A DNA stretch of 63,337 nucleotides, counting the filler, from Chiloscyllium plagiosum (lineage: Eukaryota), in assembly GCF_004010195.1 (NCBI RefSeq). It is 3 parts of one record of this genome, joined end to end, with 100 filler letters (N's around TTAATTAATTAA, not from the genome) between each part and the next. Parts side by side here need not be neighbours in the genome. Positions count along the whole stretch, not along the records: positions 1 to 31,848 come from NC_057717.1; 2 more parts are not named here. One strand, written 5' to 3'. Positions 1-13,260 of this stretch are shown one piece after another; the first letter of the stretch is position 1, and every line of letters begins with the position of its first letter. Below the pieces are notes generated by a model. It had not been told where the DNA came from. It worked only from the letters and a program-made list of their open reading frames with translations, and made no database searches. The translations under genes and the position numbers were made by a program.

Positions 1-515
1 TTGGCTGGCTGGAAGAAGACAGGGGGTAGTAGTTGATGGCAAAGGTTCATCTTGGAGTGCCGTCACTAGCGGTGTTCTGCAAGGATCTGTTTTGGGACCA
101 TTGTTGTTTGTCATTTTTATAAATGACCTGGAGGAGGGGTTAGAAGGTTGGGTGAGCAAGTTTGCGGATGATACGAAAGTTGGGGGAGTTGTAGACAGTG
201 AGGAAGGATGTGGCAGGTTACAGCGGGATATAGGTAAGCTGCAGAACTGGGCAGAAAGGTGGCAAATGGAGTTCAATGTAGCTAAGTGTGAGGTGATTCA
301 CTTTGGTAAGAGTAATAAAAGGATGGGGTACTGGGCTAACGGTCGGTTACTTGGTAGTGTGGATGAGCAGAGGGTTCTTGGTGTCCATGTACACAGATCT
401 TTGAAAGTTGCCACCCAGGTAAATAGTGCGGTGAAGAAGGCATATGGCGTACTGGCTTTTATTGGTAGAGGAATTGAGTTCCGGAGTACTGAGGTCATGT
501 TGCAGTTGTATAAGA
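1..515 (+). mobile_element. CR1/HER1-type LINE fragment, reverse transcriptase region
   Basis: ORF 92..592 reads GPLLFVIFINDLEEG...VSKFADDTKVGG...LQRDI..LQNWAERWQMEFNVAKCEVIHFG, typical CR1 RT. The similarity stops abruptly near 515. Confidence 0.95.
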
Positions 516-880
516 CTCATCTCCTGAATCACCTTCCCTATCCTTTCTTCTACGTTTCTAGGACTATTGGGAGGCCTGTAAAAGACTCCTAACAGGGTGA
601 CCTCACCTTTCCTATTCCTAACCTCAGCCCAAACTACCTCAGATGGCAAGTCCTCATCCATCGTCCTTTCCACCACTGTAATACTATCTTTGACAAGCAA
701 TGCCACACCTCCCCCTCTTTTACCCCCACCTCTGACCCTACTAAAACATTTAAATCCTGGAACCTGCAACAGTCAATCCTGTCCCTGTTCTAGCCATGTC
801 TCCGTAATAGCCACAACATCGAAGTCCCAGGTACCAACCCACGCTGCAAGTTCACCTACCTTATTTCGTATACTCCATGT
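516..880 (-). mobile_element. CR1-type LINE fragment, APE endonuclease region
   Basis: ORF 347..769(-) reads VPGFKCFSRVRGGGKRGGGVALLVK...VWAEVRNRKGEVTLLGVFYRPPNS, a CR1 endonuclease motif. DVVAITETW lies upstream in the same frame. Confidence 0.93.
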
Positions 881-1473
881 GTGACTTTTAGATCCCATCC
901 GTACTCTGGCTTAAATAACAACTTTAGTCAACATTTCTCTAATATTTCGACGAGCTGCATTAAATATTCATCGCTGGTAACTGAGCTCTCCAACAGGAAC
1001 AAGATATTCCCTCCCTCTCTACCCAGCCCCCGATAATATATGCAACCCAATCAAGTCACCTCTCAGCATCCTCCGTTCCAATGCTACCTCAGAACTGCAT
1101 TTTCACTTTCACAGGGTAACGAATCTCCTGTGTACTCTCCCAAGTACAATTCTATTCTTGCATGTGATGGGATGACCAGAACTGACAACAGTACACAGGC
1201 TGTGACTGAAGTCATTATTTATGTATTTACAGTATAAACGTCCTGCTCGTATTTTGTTCACTTTGACTGATAGAGGAAATGATGTCATTTACTGTCGGAA
1301 CGAGATGATTGATGTGTCCAGCTACCTTCATGGATCAGCTACACTGACTACGATCTCATTTATTGTGCATTCCTCGCTATTGTTGATGTCCCCAAAGGCA
1401 TCTTTGTGGGTTGCTAGCTCCACTCACCTGGAGCCCACAGTTGCTATTTTTTAAACTCTCACTTTTAATTTCC

Positions 1474-2077
1474 TGTCAAATCCAAGTAAGACACAGCCGG
1501 TTATAAGATGCTGTCTCAAACTGACACAGTCAGGTTTATTACACACGATCCTTCTTAAACAAAGCCTGGCCGACTTTCCTGCAGTCCTCGGGACTTTCTC
1601 AGTGACCGTTTATCCTATGTCTCAGAATTCTAACCTCGGCATATTTAGTCATTCTGTTGCTCCAAAATAACCAAATCTGCGGTGTTAGCCGTTCTAGACT
1701 TCTTCGGTACCATCCCTGTATCCAGTGAAAACTGGATAATGGTCGTCATTCAAAGGCAGGGGAGTTTTCCAGAATTCTTTCAATAACCTAGTACATTGTG
1801 TTGGCCCATTATTAAGACGTGATATAATTCCCCTATTCGTAATTTATAGCTCCCCAGAACCTCACACTACAACGTGTGGAACACCTCTGTTTTGTGTCAG
1901 GTCGACAGAGGTCTAAGTTATCTTGTGATTTAGTCAAGTGTCATTTTAGTTGGGTTTTCTGGAGGGTTTCTGTCCACAAGGTTAAGTGCATATTCTCATG
2001 AGTTCATCCCCAATCTGTCTCATTAACTACTTTCTCTCTGTGCTTGGTCTTTCTCTCACCTCACACTAACCCTATGA
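1474..2077 (-). mobile_element. Probable 3' LTR of an ERV/LTR element
   Basis: On the minus strand a polypurine tract AAGGGGATAA (2078-2087) precedes T(C/G)ATAGGG. AATAAA lies ~60 nt before a ...GGATTTGACA end at 1474. No second LTR is seen. Confidence 0.5.
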
Positions 2078-2148
2078 TTATCCCCTTCTGAATATAACTT
2101 CCTACTGCCTGAATTACTGAGAATGGACCGGCATCCCTGTTACAGGTG

Positions 2149-2336
2149 AAAGTGAGGACTGCAGATGCTGGAGATCAGTGTAGAGATTAGAGTTGTGCTG
2201 GAAAAGCTCAGCATGTCAGGCAGCATCCGATGAGCAGCAGCACTTCTGATAAAGGGCTTTTGCTCAAAACGTCAAATTTCCTGCTCCTCGGATGTTGCCT
2301 GACCTGCTGTGAGTTTCCAGCAACACTCTACTCTAG
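2149..2336. mobile_element. Palindromic Penelope-terminus-derived short insertion
   Basis: Inverted arms (gctggaaaagctcagcatgtcaggcagcatccga / tcggatgttgcctgacctgctgtgagtttccagc), flanked by a 15-bp direct repeat TCCCTGTTACAGGTG at 2134-2148 and 2337-2351. Confidence 0.85.
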
Positions 2337-4414
2337 TCCCTGTTACAGGTGCCAACTTTTTTTAAAAATGCATTACACTGTTGTATTCTTAATCCGAAAT
2401 TGCTCTGGGCACAGAAGAGGGGTAAAACTGGAGTCCAACTTTGTAGACAAGTCCCCGATGTTCTGGTGAATGGCATGGTGGAGGGGGAGTACATTATTTT
2501 ACTCCAGGCTTGGCGGGGAGGCGTTGACACCTGGCCCTGTCAGCTTGCTCTGACATTTTCCCCTGCTTCAGTGTGGTTCCAGCCTTCTCGGTAAATGCCC
2601 AGAAGTGACCGTCCCCACTCTACCAGGTTACGTGAGACCATCTGTACTTTGTGACCTCGCAATCACTCTATCTCTGTTACTGCATCCACCTCCCCACCAA
2701 GGTTCATGTTTTCCCTATCCCACGAGCGTGCGAACCTGGAAGCTCTGGTCGAGGGAAATACGACTAAAGGCAGTGTCATGTAGGGCAATGATTCGAAAAG
2801 CATTCAGTTCAGGTCAAAGTGACGGGGTACAAATATCCAGTGAGCAGCCGAGAGGTGCAGCCGATGAGTTGGGTGTTGGTCCCTGAACACAGTGTCGTTA
2901 CAGCAGCGTTGTAATAAGAGTTGTCAGTGCACTCTAAGATTTAGCATTGATGAGCAGAAGCTTACTGTCAGTAGGTCGGAGATGTGATGGTATCGTGAGG
3001 CTGATATATAACAGATGCCAGCATTGATGGGTGTGGAGTGCATGCATCTTCTGTCCGTGCAGTGTACCCCGAGACGTTGAAGTCCAAGATAGAAGTCTGC
3101 AGGAGGGATTTCTGAGGTGGAGTTACCAGTTACCAGCTCTGACTTCCATTTCAAATCCTCCATATTGAGTTTCTCCACAGTGGGAGCAAGGACACCAATT
3201 TGCAAACTGATGAAAAGGGAGCGACATAAATCTGTCTGTTGGTCATCGGTAATCATTCAATTAGCATCTCGCCACTCCCCCATTAAAGTTTTGGCTCTAA
3301 GAATAGAATATGTCAGGAACAGGCCCTTCAGCTCAGCAAGCCTGCACTGACAAATAATGCACTTCTCAAGTTACAAAGGAAGATTCTGCTTCTGCATGTT
3401 CTATGTCATTCAATTCTGCGTCTGCTCATCTCTGTGTCAAGATATCTGTTATTAGTTGTTACTTTATCCTGTTCTCCTTTACCAGTGCACTCCAGGCAAT
3501 TTCACATTCTGTCTGGAAAAGAAAAATAAAATATGTGCCAGTCACCATTCCATCAATCTTTGCCCCTTTTACCTAAAACCTATGGCCACAAGTAATTGAT
3601 ATTTCTAGTCTTGGATTAAGCCTCGAAGTATTCTTTTATCTATGCCTCCGATGAATTTTTACATGTCTATCAGGAAACCGCTTAGCCACTAACTACAAAG
3701 TAAAAACAAACCGAGTTTCTCCAATTTCTCGTCAAGGATGGATTTGAGAGTGTGACCCATTTTACTTTGCGTAACATGTTTCCACGGAGCCACTTCAAAC
3801 TGCCCTCAGAATATCTCCGACGGCTCTGATTCTGACTTATCGTCTCATTATTGTTTCCTGTTCTACTGAATGAATTCTCTTCTCGCTTGATAAAATTATT
3901 ATGGGTCATTCTTGAACTTCAACTCTTAGTATAGCTTTGTCCTTTGTAATACTTATGTTTGAATCAAATGAATTGAGATCACTATTCTCTAAACACTGCC
4001 CCTTTTCCTGCTAGATGGCAATGGTAAGAAGTGTGGAAGGTGTACTCTAGGGAGTGCCTTAGCACACACACATGATGTAGATTGTCAAAATGTTTGAGTA
4101 CTGTTGGAGTTGTACTCATTCAGACAAGTGGAGATTGTTCCATAATATTCCATACATGTAGCTCGGAGATAATGGACAGGCTTCAGCACGACAGGAGAAC
4201 CGTTACTAACTGCAGTATCCTTAACATCTGATCTGATGTTCTCAACATCGCAGCTGTATTGTTTGGATAAACCTGAAAATGTTAGTGACAATGGATTCAG
4301 CAATGGCAATGTCTTTCGATGTTGAATAGCAATGATTAGATGTTTTATGATGGTCATTGTCTGACACTTGTGTAGCACGATTGATTCTTGCAACTTCCAA
4401 GCCCAAGGCAAACA

Positions 4415-4537
4415 TGAGGTCTGCAGATGCTGGAAACCAGTGTTTAGACCAGAGTGGTGCTGGAAAAGCACAGTCGGTTAGGTTGCTTTCGAGGAGAAGA
4501 AAAATCGACGATTCGTGCAAACGCCCTTCATGAGGAA
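4415..4537 (-). mobile_element. Penelope terminal-repeat fragment (single arm)
   Basis: Same family as 2149-2336 and 26162-26374 (ctgcagatgctgg...gctggaaaagcacag...cccttcatgagga). Confidence 0.75.
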
Positions 4538-4539
4538 CA

Positions 4540-5680
4540 TGAAAGGTCCTTTATATATTTCCCCTCTCACTCTTAGCCTATGCCCTCTAATTCTGGACTC
4601 CCCGACACCAGGGAAAAAAAAAACTTTGTCTATTTATCCTATCCATGCCCCTCGTAATTTTGTATACCTCTACAAGGTCACCCCTCAGCCTCCGACGCTC
4701 CAGGGAAAACAGCCCCAGCCTGTTCAGCATCTCCCTGTAGCTCAGATCCTCCAACCCTGGCAACATCCTTGAAAATATTTTCTGAGCCCTTTCAAGTTTC
4801 ACAACATCATTCCGTTAGGAAGGAGACCAGAATTGCACACAATATTCCAAAAGTGGCCTAACCAATGTTCCGTACAGCCGCATCATGACCTCCCAACTCC
4901 TGCACTCAATACTCTGACCAATAAAAGGAAGAATCCCAAACGCCTTCTTCACTATCCTATCTACCTGCGACTCCACTTTCAAGGAGCTATGAACCTACAC
5001 TCCAAGGCCTCTTTGTTCAGCAACACACACTAGGACCTTAGCATTAAGTGCCTAAGTCCTGATAAGATTCGCTTTCCCAAAACACAGCTCCTTGCATTTA
5101 TCTGAATTAAACTCCATCTGCCACTTCTCAGCCCATTGGCCCATCTGGTCCAGATCCTGTTGTCATCTGAGGTAATCCTCTTCGTTGTTCACTACACCTC
5201 AATTTTGATGTCATCTGCAAACTGACTAATTGTACCTCTTATGCTCGCATCCAAATCATTTATGTAAATGACAAAAAGTAGAGGGCCCAGCACCGATCTT
5301 TTTGGCACTCCACTGGTCACAGGCCTCCAGACTGAAAAACAACCCTCCACCACCACCCTCTGTCTTCTACCTTTGAGCCAGCTCTGTATCCAAATGGCTA
5401 GTTCTCCCTGTATTCCATGAAATCTAACCTTGCTAATCAGTCTCCCATGGGGAACCTTTCCTTACTGAAGTCCATATAGATCATATCTACTGATCAGCCC
5501 TCATCAATCTTCTTTGTTACTTCTTCAAAAAGCGCAAACAAATTTATGAGACATGATTTACCACGTACAAGCCATGTTGACTATCCCAAATCAGTCCTTG
5601 CATTTCCAAATACATGTACATCCTGTCCCTCAGGATTCCCTCCAACACCTTGCCCACCACCAAAGTCTGGCTCACCGGTC
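4540..5680 (-). mobile_element. CR1/HER1 LINE, 3' part of ORF2 (RT and C-terminus)
   Basis: ORF 4587..4802 LERAQKIFSRMLPGLEDLSYREMLNRLGLFSLERRRLRGDLVEVYKI. Degenerate [20 protein letters not shown] and FADD motifs lie upstream. Confidence 0.93.
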
Positions 5681-7914
5681 TAAAAATATCGCAGGCCGTG
5701 AGGTTGCAGCCTGTACCAGTTGTCCAGAGTATTATTCCACTGCTGTCGATGGCCCATTGCAGCCCATGGATGCTTGCCTGTTGATCGACATATTCAAAGT
5801 CTGACCATTGAGCATACAGTGGGCAACGTAACATGATGAAGGGTCTGCAAATTGTGAAAATGGCTTTTTCCCTACAGATCGATGGTCCCTTAAACGTTTT
5901 TATCAGTATATTAAATGCGGAGCTGTATCTGCAGCAGGTTGATTGATGAGCAAGTGATCAATTATCACCTGCCGCAGAACAGTCTTTCAGCCGGAGGATT
6001 CAGCATCAATGCAAAGCTCTACATTGACTACATACGAAGAAGTTGTACCCTCTCCCCACTGTCTGGCTCTCTCCTGTCGACGGGACAGAACTGACCAGTG
6101 CAGATAATGATCTTGCACAGGGCAAAGTCTTGTTCGCTTAATCCTGTTTTACAATGCCGAATTGTTGCTTTGTATGCCTGTGGGAAACATATAGCAGGTC
6201 ACCTTTACATCTTGTACAATGAAGAGTTAATATGACTTTATTCCTTACATATTTCAAAATTGACCAAACGTTATTCTTTTTCTGTGAAACTTAATGACAT
6301 GAACAATAATTAAATTACCAGATTACAAAGCTAACTATTACATAAATCAGTAACTGTATTAAACTGCTGATTCATGTTCAAGTCAGTGAACACACAATCT
6401 TCTCGTCAGCAACGGTGTGAAAAATAACTGAAAAAAATGACTTCAGACACCGATCAAATGGGCATCACCATTACCTCCAAAACACCATCTCTAAAGTCTG
6501 TCCAGAGAGCTTCGAAACTGAAGCTGGACAGTTACTCACACAATCCCTTACAATGGACACTTTGCCATATACCGGAACAACAGGGAAATGTTTGGCCCAG
6601 ACTGGCCGATGCACAAGCACAGGGCTTTGTGCTTTTCCAAACACATTTCAACATTTGTAGTAATGACCTAAAATCAAGCAATTTTACCTCTTCTGGTGTA
6701 CCACCAAAACTGCGTAACTCTGCACCTTGGACCCAATTCAGAATGAAGGTATCATAAAGATGAAAGACTCCTGCAGCACATAACACCTTACATCAAAACC
6801 CTGATAAACCATGTTCAGTGTATGTCAGCTCAATGACTTCAGTATCCAAACAGAATTATGCAGCTGTATTGATGGCCATTCTGATCCCAGACCAATGTCC
6901 TTGTGTATGACTTGGTATGAAAAATTCTATGAACATGTTTGCAGCATTATTCTGAACATTAACAGCTAACACATTTTTAACAGAAGATACTACATGCTTT
7001 GTTAATAGGCACTTTTCGATTGCTCAATAAGTACAAAATGAGCCCATTTATTCAGTTTATTTTTCAGGCAACATGCTGACGATTTTAACCAAATCACAGT
7101 AAGGGGCTTTGAAATGACGACTTTCGTTACCGTACCTAAGAACACGTTACTAAGAACTGCCAGGATTTTCTAAATGTTTAATCAGTGTCATTTGTACTAA
7201 TAGTGTGTGCGAATATTCACAGCAATACTTTTCATGGCAACAATATCACTGTGTATCTAAGCATTCTACATTCGGATATGAGTACATGTTCAATTGTTTC
7301 TGTCTATACTACAGTTTAGTAATGTGATTACTGAATGGACTTTTTTGTGTGCTGCTAGCTATGTAGTAGATACCACTGAAAGATTGACTGATTGGTTCAA
7401 ACAGCACATCCCTCCAGCTGTTCACAACAAAGACAGTATTGTCTGGACTCAACCAGCCTGCGCTAACAAAAAAACAAACTCAGTGTCCAGCAATGGGCAT
7501 GTTTGGCCAATATTTTTCATTCTGATTTATTCCTGGAAAGTAATTGGGCCAGTATTTATTTCCCATCCCTTGCTGCACTTGAGAAGGTGGAGATGAGCTG
7601 CCACGTTGAATCGCTGAATTCCACGTGCTGTAGGTAGACGTACAATACCATAAGGGAGAGTACCTGAAACAGTGACTCTGAAGAAGCATAATGCATTTAC
7701 AAATCAAGATTGTGTGTGGCTTGGAACGGAATGTGAACATGGTGGTGGCCTCATACATCTGCTGCTCTTGTCCGTTTTCCTGTACGTGATTCCAGAGGCA
7801 ACATTTTTGTAAAGAGGTTTGGTAAATTTCTGAAGATCGCCGTGCAGATGGCAGGCAATGCCGCTACTGAGAGTCAGTGGAGCAGGGGGTGAAGCCAGAC
7901 AAATGAATGGCATT

Positions 7915-8123
7915 GGTGATGGAAAAGCACACCAGGTCAGGCAGCGTCCGAGGAGAACAACATTTGACCATTTGGGCACAAGCCATTCAGCAGGAATAAT
8001 TATGAAAGGCTTATGCACGAAACCTCGATTCTCCTGCTCCTCGGATGTTGCCTGACTTGCTGTGCTTTTCCAGCACCACAAGCTCGATTCTGATCTCCAG
8101 CATTTGCAGTCCTCACTTTCTCC
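7915..8123. mobile_element. Palindromic Penelope-terminus-derived insertion
   Basis: Inverted arms ggaaaagcacaccaggtcaggcagcgtccgagg / cctcggatgttgcctgacttgctgtgcttttcc, with the tail gatctccagcatttgcagtcctcactttctcc. Confidence 0.8.
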
Positions 8124-8129
8124 GCGGTA

Positions 8130-10400
8130 TTTCATCGCAGAAACATTCAAGTTGGCAGGCTTTCAGAAATCATGAAGTCGGTTACTTCTGCAGGATTCCG
8201 AGCCTATGACATATTCTTGGATGCAATGAATTTGTACAGGCCGAAAGGTACATTTCTGGCAAAACACAGCAGGTCAGACAGCCTTCGAGCCAGAGGGAAG
8301 TTGACATTTCGGGCAGAGACCCTTCACAGGATGGGTAATGAATTTATATGGTCACTCCAGTTCGAGTTAATATTAATTTCCAGGATATTGGTAGTTGCGA
8401 GTTAAGTGCTGACAATGGCATTGGATGTTAGAGGATGATATTTCAATTCTGTATTATTAGAGTTGATCCTTTTCTGGCATGTGTATAATGAAAATGTTAT
8501 TTACCACTTTTGAGCTCATGCCATCATATTTTGCAGATCTGAGTAATCGCAAATGGTGTTGAAAACGGTCGAGCCATTGGCAAACATACCCAGTTGTGAC
8601 TTTACGACAGAGGGATGTTCATTGAAGAGGCAACTGAGAATTATTGATCCTCGGACCGAGAACACTTTTCTAACTCAGATTATATTTTTCCCTCTGAGCT
8701 CCGAAGTCTTCTTCAAGTTCCACCTGCTACAGTGGTGTGTTACAACAAATGGTAACAGATTGACATTAAAATATCTCCCTGACGGAACTGTGTGAGGACT
8801 TGGTTATCACATTTGGTGGAACGGTTAATCTGCAATTCAGATTAATACCAACAGTCTGGGTTTAATTTTTTCACTGTCGAAGGTGAGTAAAATGGATTGT
8901 CACATTCAACCTCTCCCTTATTTGAGGCCTGATGACTGTTTAATAAAACTACCATTAGTCGTCTCCGTTAAACGATGGAACAACTTGATCATCCCGATCT
9001 GACCTGCTAGTTTATTCGGTATACATACCCCCGCCCCCGGGGAACTGCTACAAACCTGTTGTGGAGCTGATATGGCTGCTTTCAACCAACCCCAATCATA
9101 TTCTTTGTACCAGGCCTGACTTCAAACGGGGCAGAGGATTCCCTGATCCACATTTGCTTCAGATTTGCCATGAATCCTTGAGTCCAAACTTGATCAAATG
9201 CAGGTGTGAAAATGCGAAGCGCAGTAACTCTCGCCACGCCTATCGAGTTAGGCTGTGTGTTTTTTTGTTGTCTACCTTTAAACAAAGGCTTCAATGACGT
9301 CGAGGGATGTCTGTATCTGCCAAGCCCTAACTGAGCTTCAGTGAACAGTTTGTTGCTGAAGAAGTGATGCTTGCTACCACTATAGACGGCATCATTCATC
9401 ACTTTATTAAGTATAACGATTTGAGCAATGGGGCAGTCATTGATTGTCTGATGTTTGTGTGTGTGCAGGACACACCCGCAGTTTTCCATATTGTCAGGTA
9501 GATGCTAGTGCAATCGCCCAGCAGGAACAGCTTAAATGGAATATTATCAGTACCGACAACCATTGCTTCAGCCGTTTGTAGATACGACACAAAATGAATC
9601 GGTGTATCTAAGACTGCCATCGAAAATAGATAACTTTGTCTGAACATTGCAGTGAATATCTCAGCCTCATCCTTTCTATTGTTGGCTGTGCCATTATTAA
9701 GCAAATTTACAATTGTGTATCCTCCTCCTCTCGTGAGTTGTTTGACTGGCCACCACCATTCACACTGGCACATGTGACAGGTTTGCAGAGACTATGTCTG
9801 ATTCAATGGTTAGCTCTGTCGACCACTTGCAACTTTCGCTATTTTGCGAATAAGTGGTCCTGTTTGCTCACTTCACCTCATTTTGAGGCGTACCCGGTGC
9901 TTCGCTTACCAGGCGCTCATCAGTTCTCGGCTAAAGGAAGAATTGTCCTCCGGCATGATGATCAGGGTAACGTGAGCATATGATAGTCAGTGATAGTGCA
10001 TCGTGTGCCGGGGTACAATTCTGCTGCTGTTGGTAAAGGCCAGAATTACCTCACACAGCCCAGTGCAAAGTTACTAGATCTATCAAAATCTGTCTCATTT
10101 AACACGGTAAAAGTGCCACACACAGAGACATTATTGGCAATGTAAACGTGGAACGTTGTCTCAGGAAATAATGTGTGCAGTAGACACTGTGAATAAAATG
10201 GTAATCGACCAGTGTGTCTGGATTCTGTCGATTGGTAGCGATGAGGTGAAGTATGTTTCTCGAGCTGAGTCATTCCCTCCCACACCAGTGCAGACCCAGT
10301 CCAGCATTTGTGTCCTTTTGGACCCGAATATTTCGATCAGTAACGCTGTTGCTGAGCCCCTCTTGGTGGTACTTTTGAAATGGCGCATCTTGTATCTAAT
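8130..10400 (-). mobile_element. Old, fragmented CR1-clade LINE (second family)
   Basis: Degenerate pieces such as NNGTANNRKDEAEIFTAMFRQ and LFTEAQLG. The aacatacccagttgtgac...tcattgaagaggcaactgag motif recurs at 15035, 30400 and 58000. Confidence 0.6.
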
Positions 10401-10639
10401 CTCGAGTTTGTCACATTCTCAGAGCTTCATTCATTCGGTCTCCTTGCAGCAACACCGGTCCAACAGCTGAGGCAAGGGAGTCAGCAGGAAGTTTCCGTGT
10501 GAAAGTTTGATTTGACAACATGAGGCGAAGGGAGGTGAGTCAGCAGGAGCCTTCCGTTTCAATGTTTGAATCGACACCATGAGGCTGCGGGCGAGGAGCC
10601 AGCGGGCAGAGATGAGGAGGGAGAGCTTGCAGATAAATA

Positions 10640-11410
10640 TTGACCGGCCAGGAGAATGGGAGAGAACCGGGCAGACGGAGTTTAATTTGGAAAACGAGTC
10701 CATTGTGGCCAGAAAAATAAAAGGGCAGAATACAATTTGCATGAGAAGCAGATTCAAATGAGTCAATGATTATGGATCAGAGTGTCTTTCTGCCCGCACA
10801 TATAAGTAAGGAAATGAAATTCTGGCATTTATTGCAGAAGGAATGGATGGTAAAAGTAAATAAGTTTGGTTACAATGACATAGGTTACCACACTTGGAAA
10901 GTTGTGGCGCGTTTTGGTTTCCTTACATGAGGACGAATGTTGTGACACTGATGGCAGATCAGAGGAAGGTCACCAGGGTTATTTCTGTCATCAAAGGGCT
11001 TTCATACGAAGAGAAGTTGAATAGCATGGGGTTCCTCTGGGTGGAATTCATAAGAATGGGATAGGGGAGGGGTGTATCTGATTAACTTGTATACAATGGA
11101 AAAGGAGAATGTTAAGCTGAATGTTGGAAAGGTGTTCCCTTCTTGGACCATCTCGAACGTGTTGTCATAGATATAGAGTGAGAGAAGGAATATTCAAAAC
11201 AGATTTGCGGAGAAAATCCTTATTCTAGAGGTTAGTGGATCTATAGAACGCCCTTCCCAATATGTCGTGGAGTTGGAATCGCATCACAGATGAAACAAAT
11301 AAATAAGTATGCTTCTGATGGAAAGCAGGGTAAATAGTTATCGGGTTAAATTAGCCATGATCACATTAAATGGTGCAGTGGACAGCAAGAGCTGAATTGC
11401 TTACTGCCAC
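10640..11410 (+). mobile_element. Degenerate CR1 LINE 3' fragment
   Basis: ctggcatttattgcagaagg, ttttggtttccttac and cagaggaaggtcaccagg motifs, plus a CR1-like 3' tail (agccatgatcacattaaatgg). Confidence 0.7.
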
Positions 11411-11699
11411 TCTTAATTCCTACCTTTCTATATTGTTCCATCCGCGTTTTTTGGGGGGATTTAGATATCGTTGATTGTAAGATTCGTGGGATCCATTGGT
11501 TTTAGTGAATGGAGGCTCATGTCTGCTTGGTGTATTGGAAATAAGGCAGGCATGTGGCGATAAAATCACAATCAAGTCCGTCAGAGTAGGCCTGGAAACC
11601 AGATGGCATGTTACAGTCCCAATTCGTGATGTTTCATTGCCTGGTGTAATCGAAATCAAATATTACGGTCAGATATACAGTCCTTAATTAACGTGTTCC

Positions 11700-12125
11700 T
11701 TTCGTAATAAAATGGAAAATGACCAGTTCGATCGAACATGCTTTTACAATTTAAACATTAATTTCTGAAACTGCAGTTTGGAAACTGGGTAATGGGTTTT
11801 AAAATATTACATTGTCAATTCCACTGGAATGTGGCAACATTTTAGGCAAAACATTCTGACTGTATTATGGAAGAATGTAAACATTGAAAACGTACGCAAG
11901 GGACACTATTTAGTGGACATAAGTCAATTGTCATGAAATCGGTGTGTCAAAGTTGTAAATTTCTAAAATCAGGGATAGCTTTGTGACGTCCTGTGATGAA
12001 GCAAACTTCCTTTCAGTGTATTAAACAGAAAAAAATAATGTCTGTGCGTAAGCAGTCTGCAAGTGCCCAAATTGACACAATGTATCAAAATACATTCAGT
12101 TGGCTGACCCAAGCTGCATTTTTAC
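11700..12125 (+). pseudogene. Decayed hAT transposase fragment (GTF2IRD2/Spin/Buster-like)
   Basis: Hand translation with frameshifts gives DCIMEEC...VMKSVVKVVNFLKSG...FSWLT, resembling the hAT HCxxH...VMxxVVKxVNFI...RWLS block. Confidence 0.4.
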
Positions 12126-12159
12126 CCAGACGTCAGTTTGGATTCTTCTTCAGGACATG

Positions 12160-13260
12160 GGTGGTGGGGTGGCAGGGGGAGCTGCAGATAAAGCAGGATG
12201 CGGCGCCAGGGTGGTGAAGTGGGGATAGGTGAAGAAAGTTCGAGTGTTTCACTTAGTTGGTCAAGGGGAGGAATGAATTCAGACGGCGGGAGGGAGGAGT
12301 AGAAGAAGGCGACGAGCAGGGAAGATAGTCGCAGGACTTGAAGGGTTTTTTTATATTGGAGAACTCAATGTAGAGTCATCTGGGCTGTCGGGTACCCAAG
12401 CGGTGTTGTTCCTCCAATTTACGCTGTGCCTTGTTTAGGCAATGGAGGAGGTCAAAGATGGCTATGTCGGAAAGGAAGTGATTGGGCGAATTGAAACGGA
12501 CGGTGATAGGGATGTCAGGTCCTCCCCTTTGGGTTCGGCTGAGAAGCTTGGTGAAACATTCCCTATGTTAAAATTTGGTCTCCCCGATGTCGGTTAGACC
12601 ACATCGTGACCACCTGATGCAGTAAAGTAGTTTGGAGGAAGTCGAGAGTGTGTTGCTGGAAAAGTGCAACAGGTCAGGCTGGTTCGAGGCGCAGGGGAAA
12701 TGACGTTTTTGGAATACATCCTTCGTCTGGAATAATTCCTGATGAAGGGCACATGCACAAATTTTCAATTCTGATGCTCTGCGAATACTGCCTGACCTGC
12801 TGTGTTTTCCAGCACCACACTGTCGAATCTGATCTCCATCATCTGCAGTCCTCGCTTTTACCTAGTTTGGAAGAGAGGATGGGGAAGTTCTGTCTCACGT
12901 GGAAGGGCTGTTTGGTGCATTTTATGGGTGTGAGGGGGTGGTGTACCAGCAGGTGTTACATTTTCTTCGTCTGCTGGTCTCGGTACATGATGGCTCAGGG
13001 CGTTTAATAGGAAGAGTGTCGGAAACCAAGAATTGTCTGAAAGAACGGTCCTTGCAGAAGGTGGAGTGCAGTTGGGAAGGGAAGATGTTTTTGTGGTCGT
13101 TCTAGTTGGAGGCGGTGGAAGTGTTTAAGAATGATGCATTGGATGCGGACCCAGACTGTGTGGCAAGTGAGGAAAGGGGGGATTCGTCTTTATTGCATTT
13201 TTGACGACGTTGTTTAGAGCGGAGGAATGGAGAATGAATGAAAGGGGGGAAACGCATGGT
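12160..13260 (-). mobile_element. Degenerate Penelope-like element (GIY-YIG end), with a palindromic PLE-terminus insertion at ~12640-12860
   Basis: The minus strand gives LLYCIRWSRCGLTDIGETK (GIY-YIG-like) and LEEQH..RLGTRQP motifs, homologous to 45003-45991 and 60290-61086. Confidence 0.8.
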
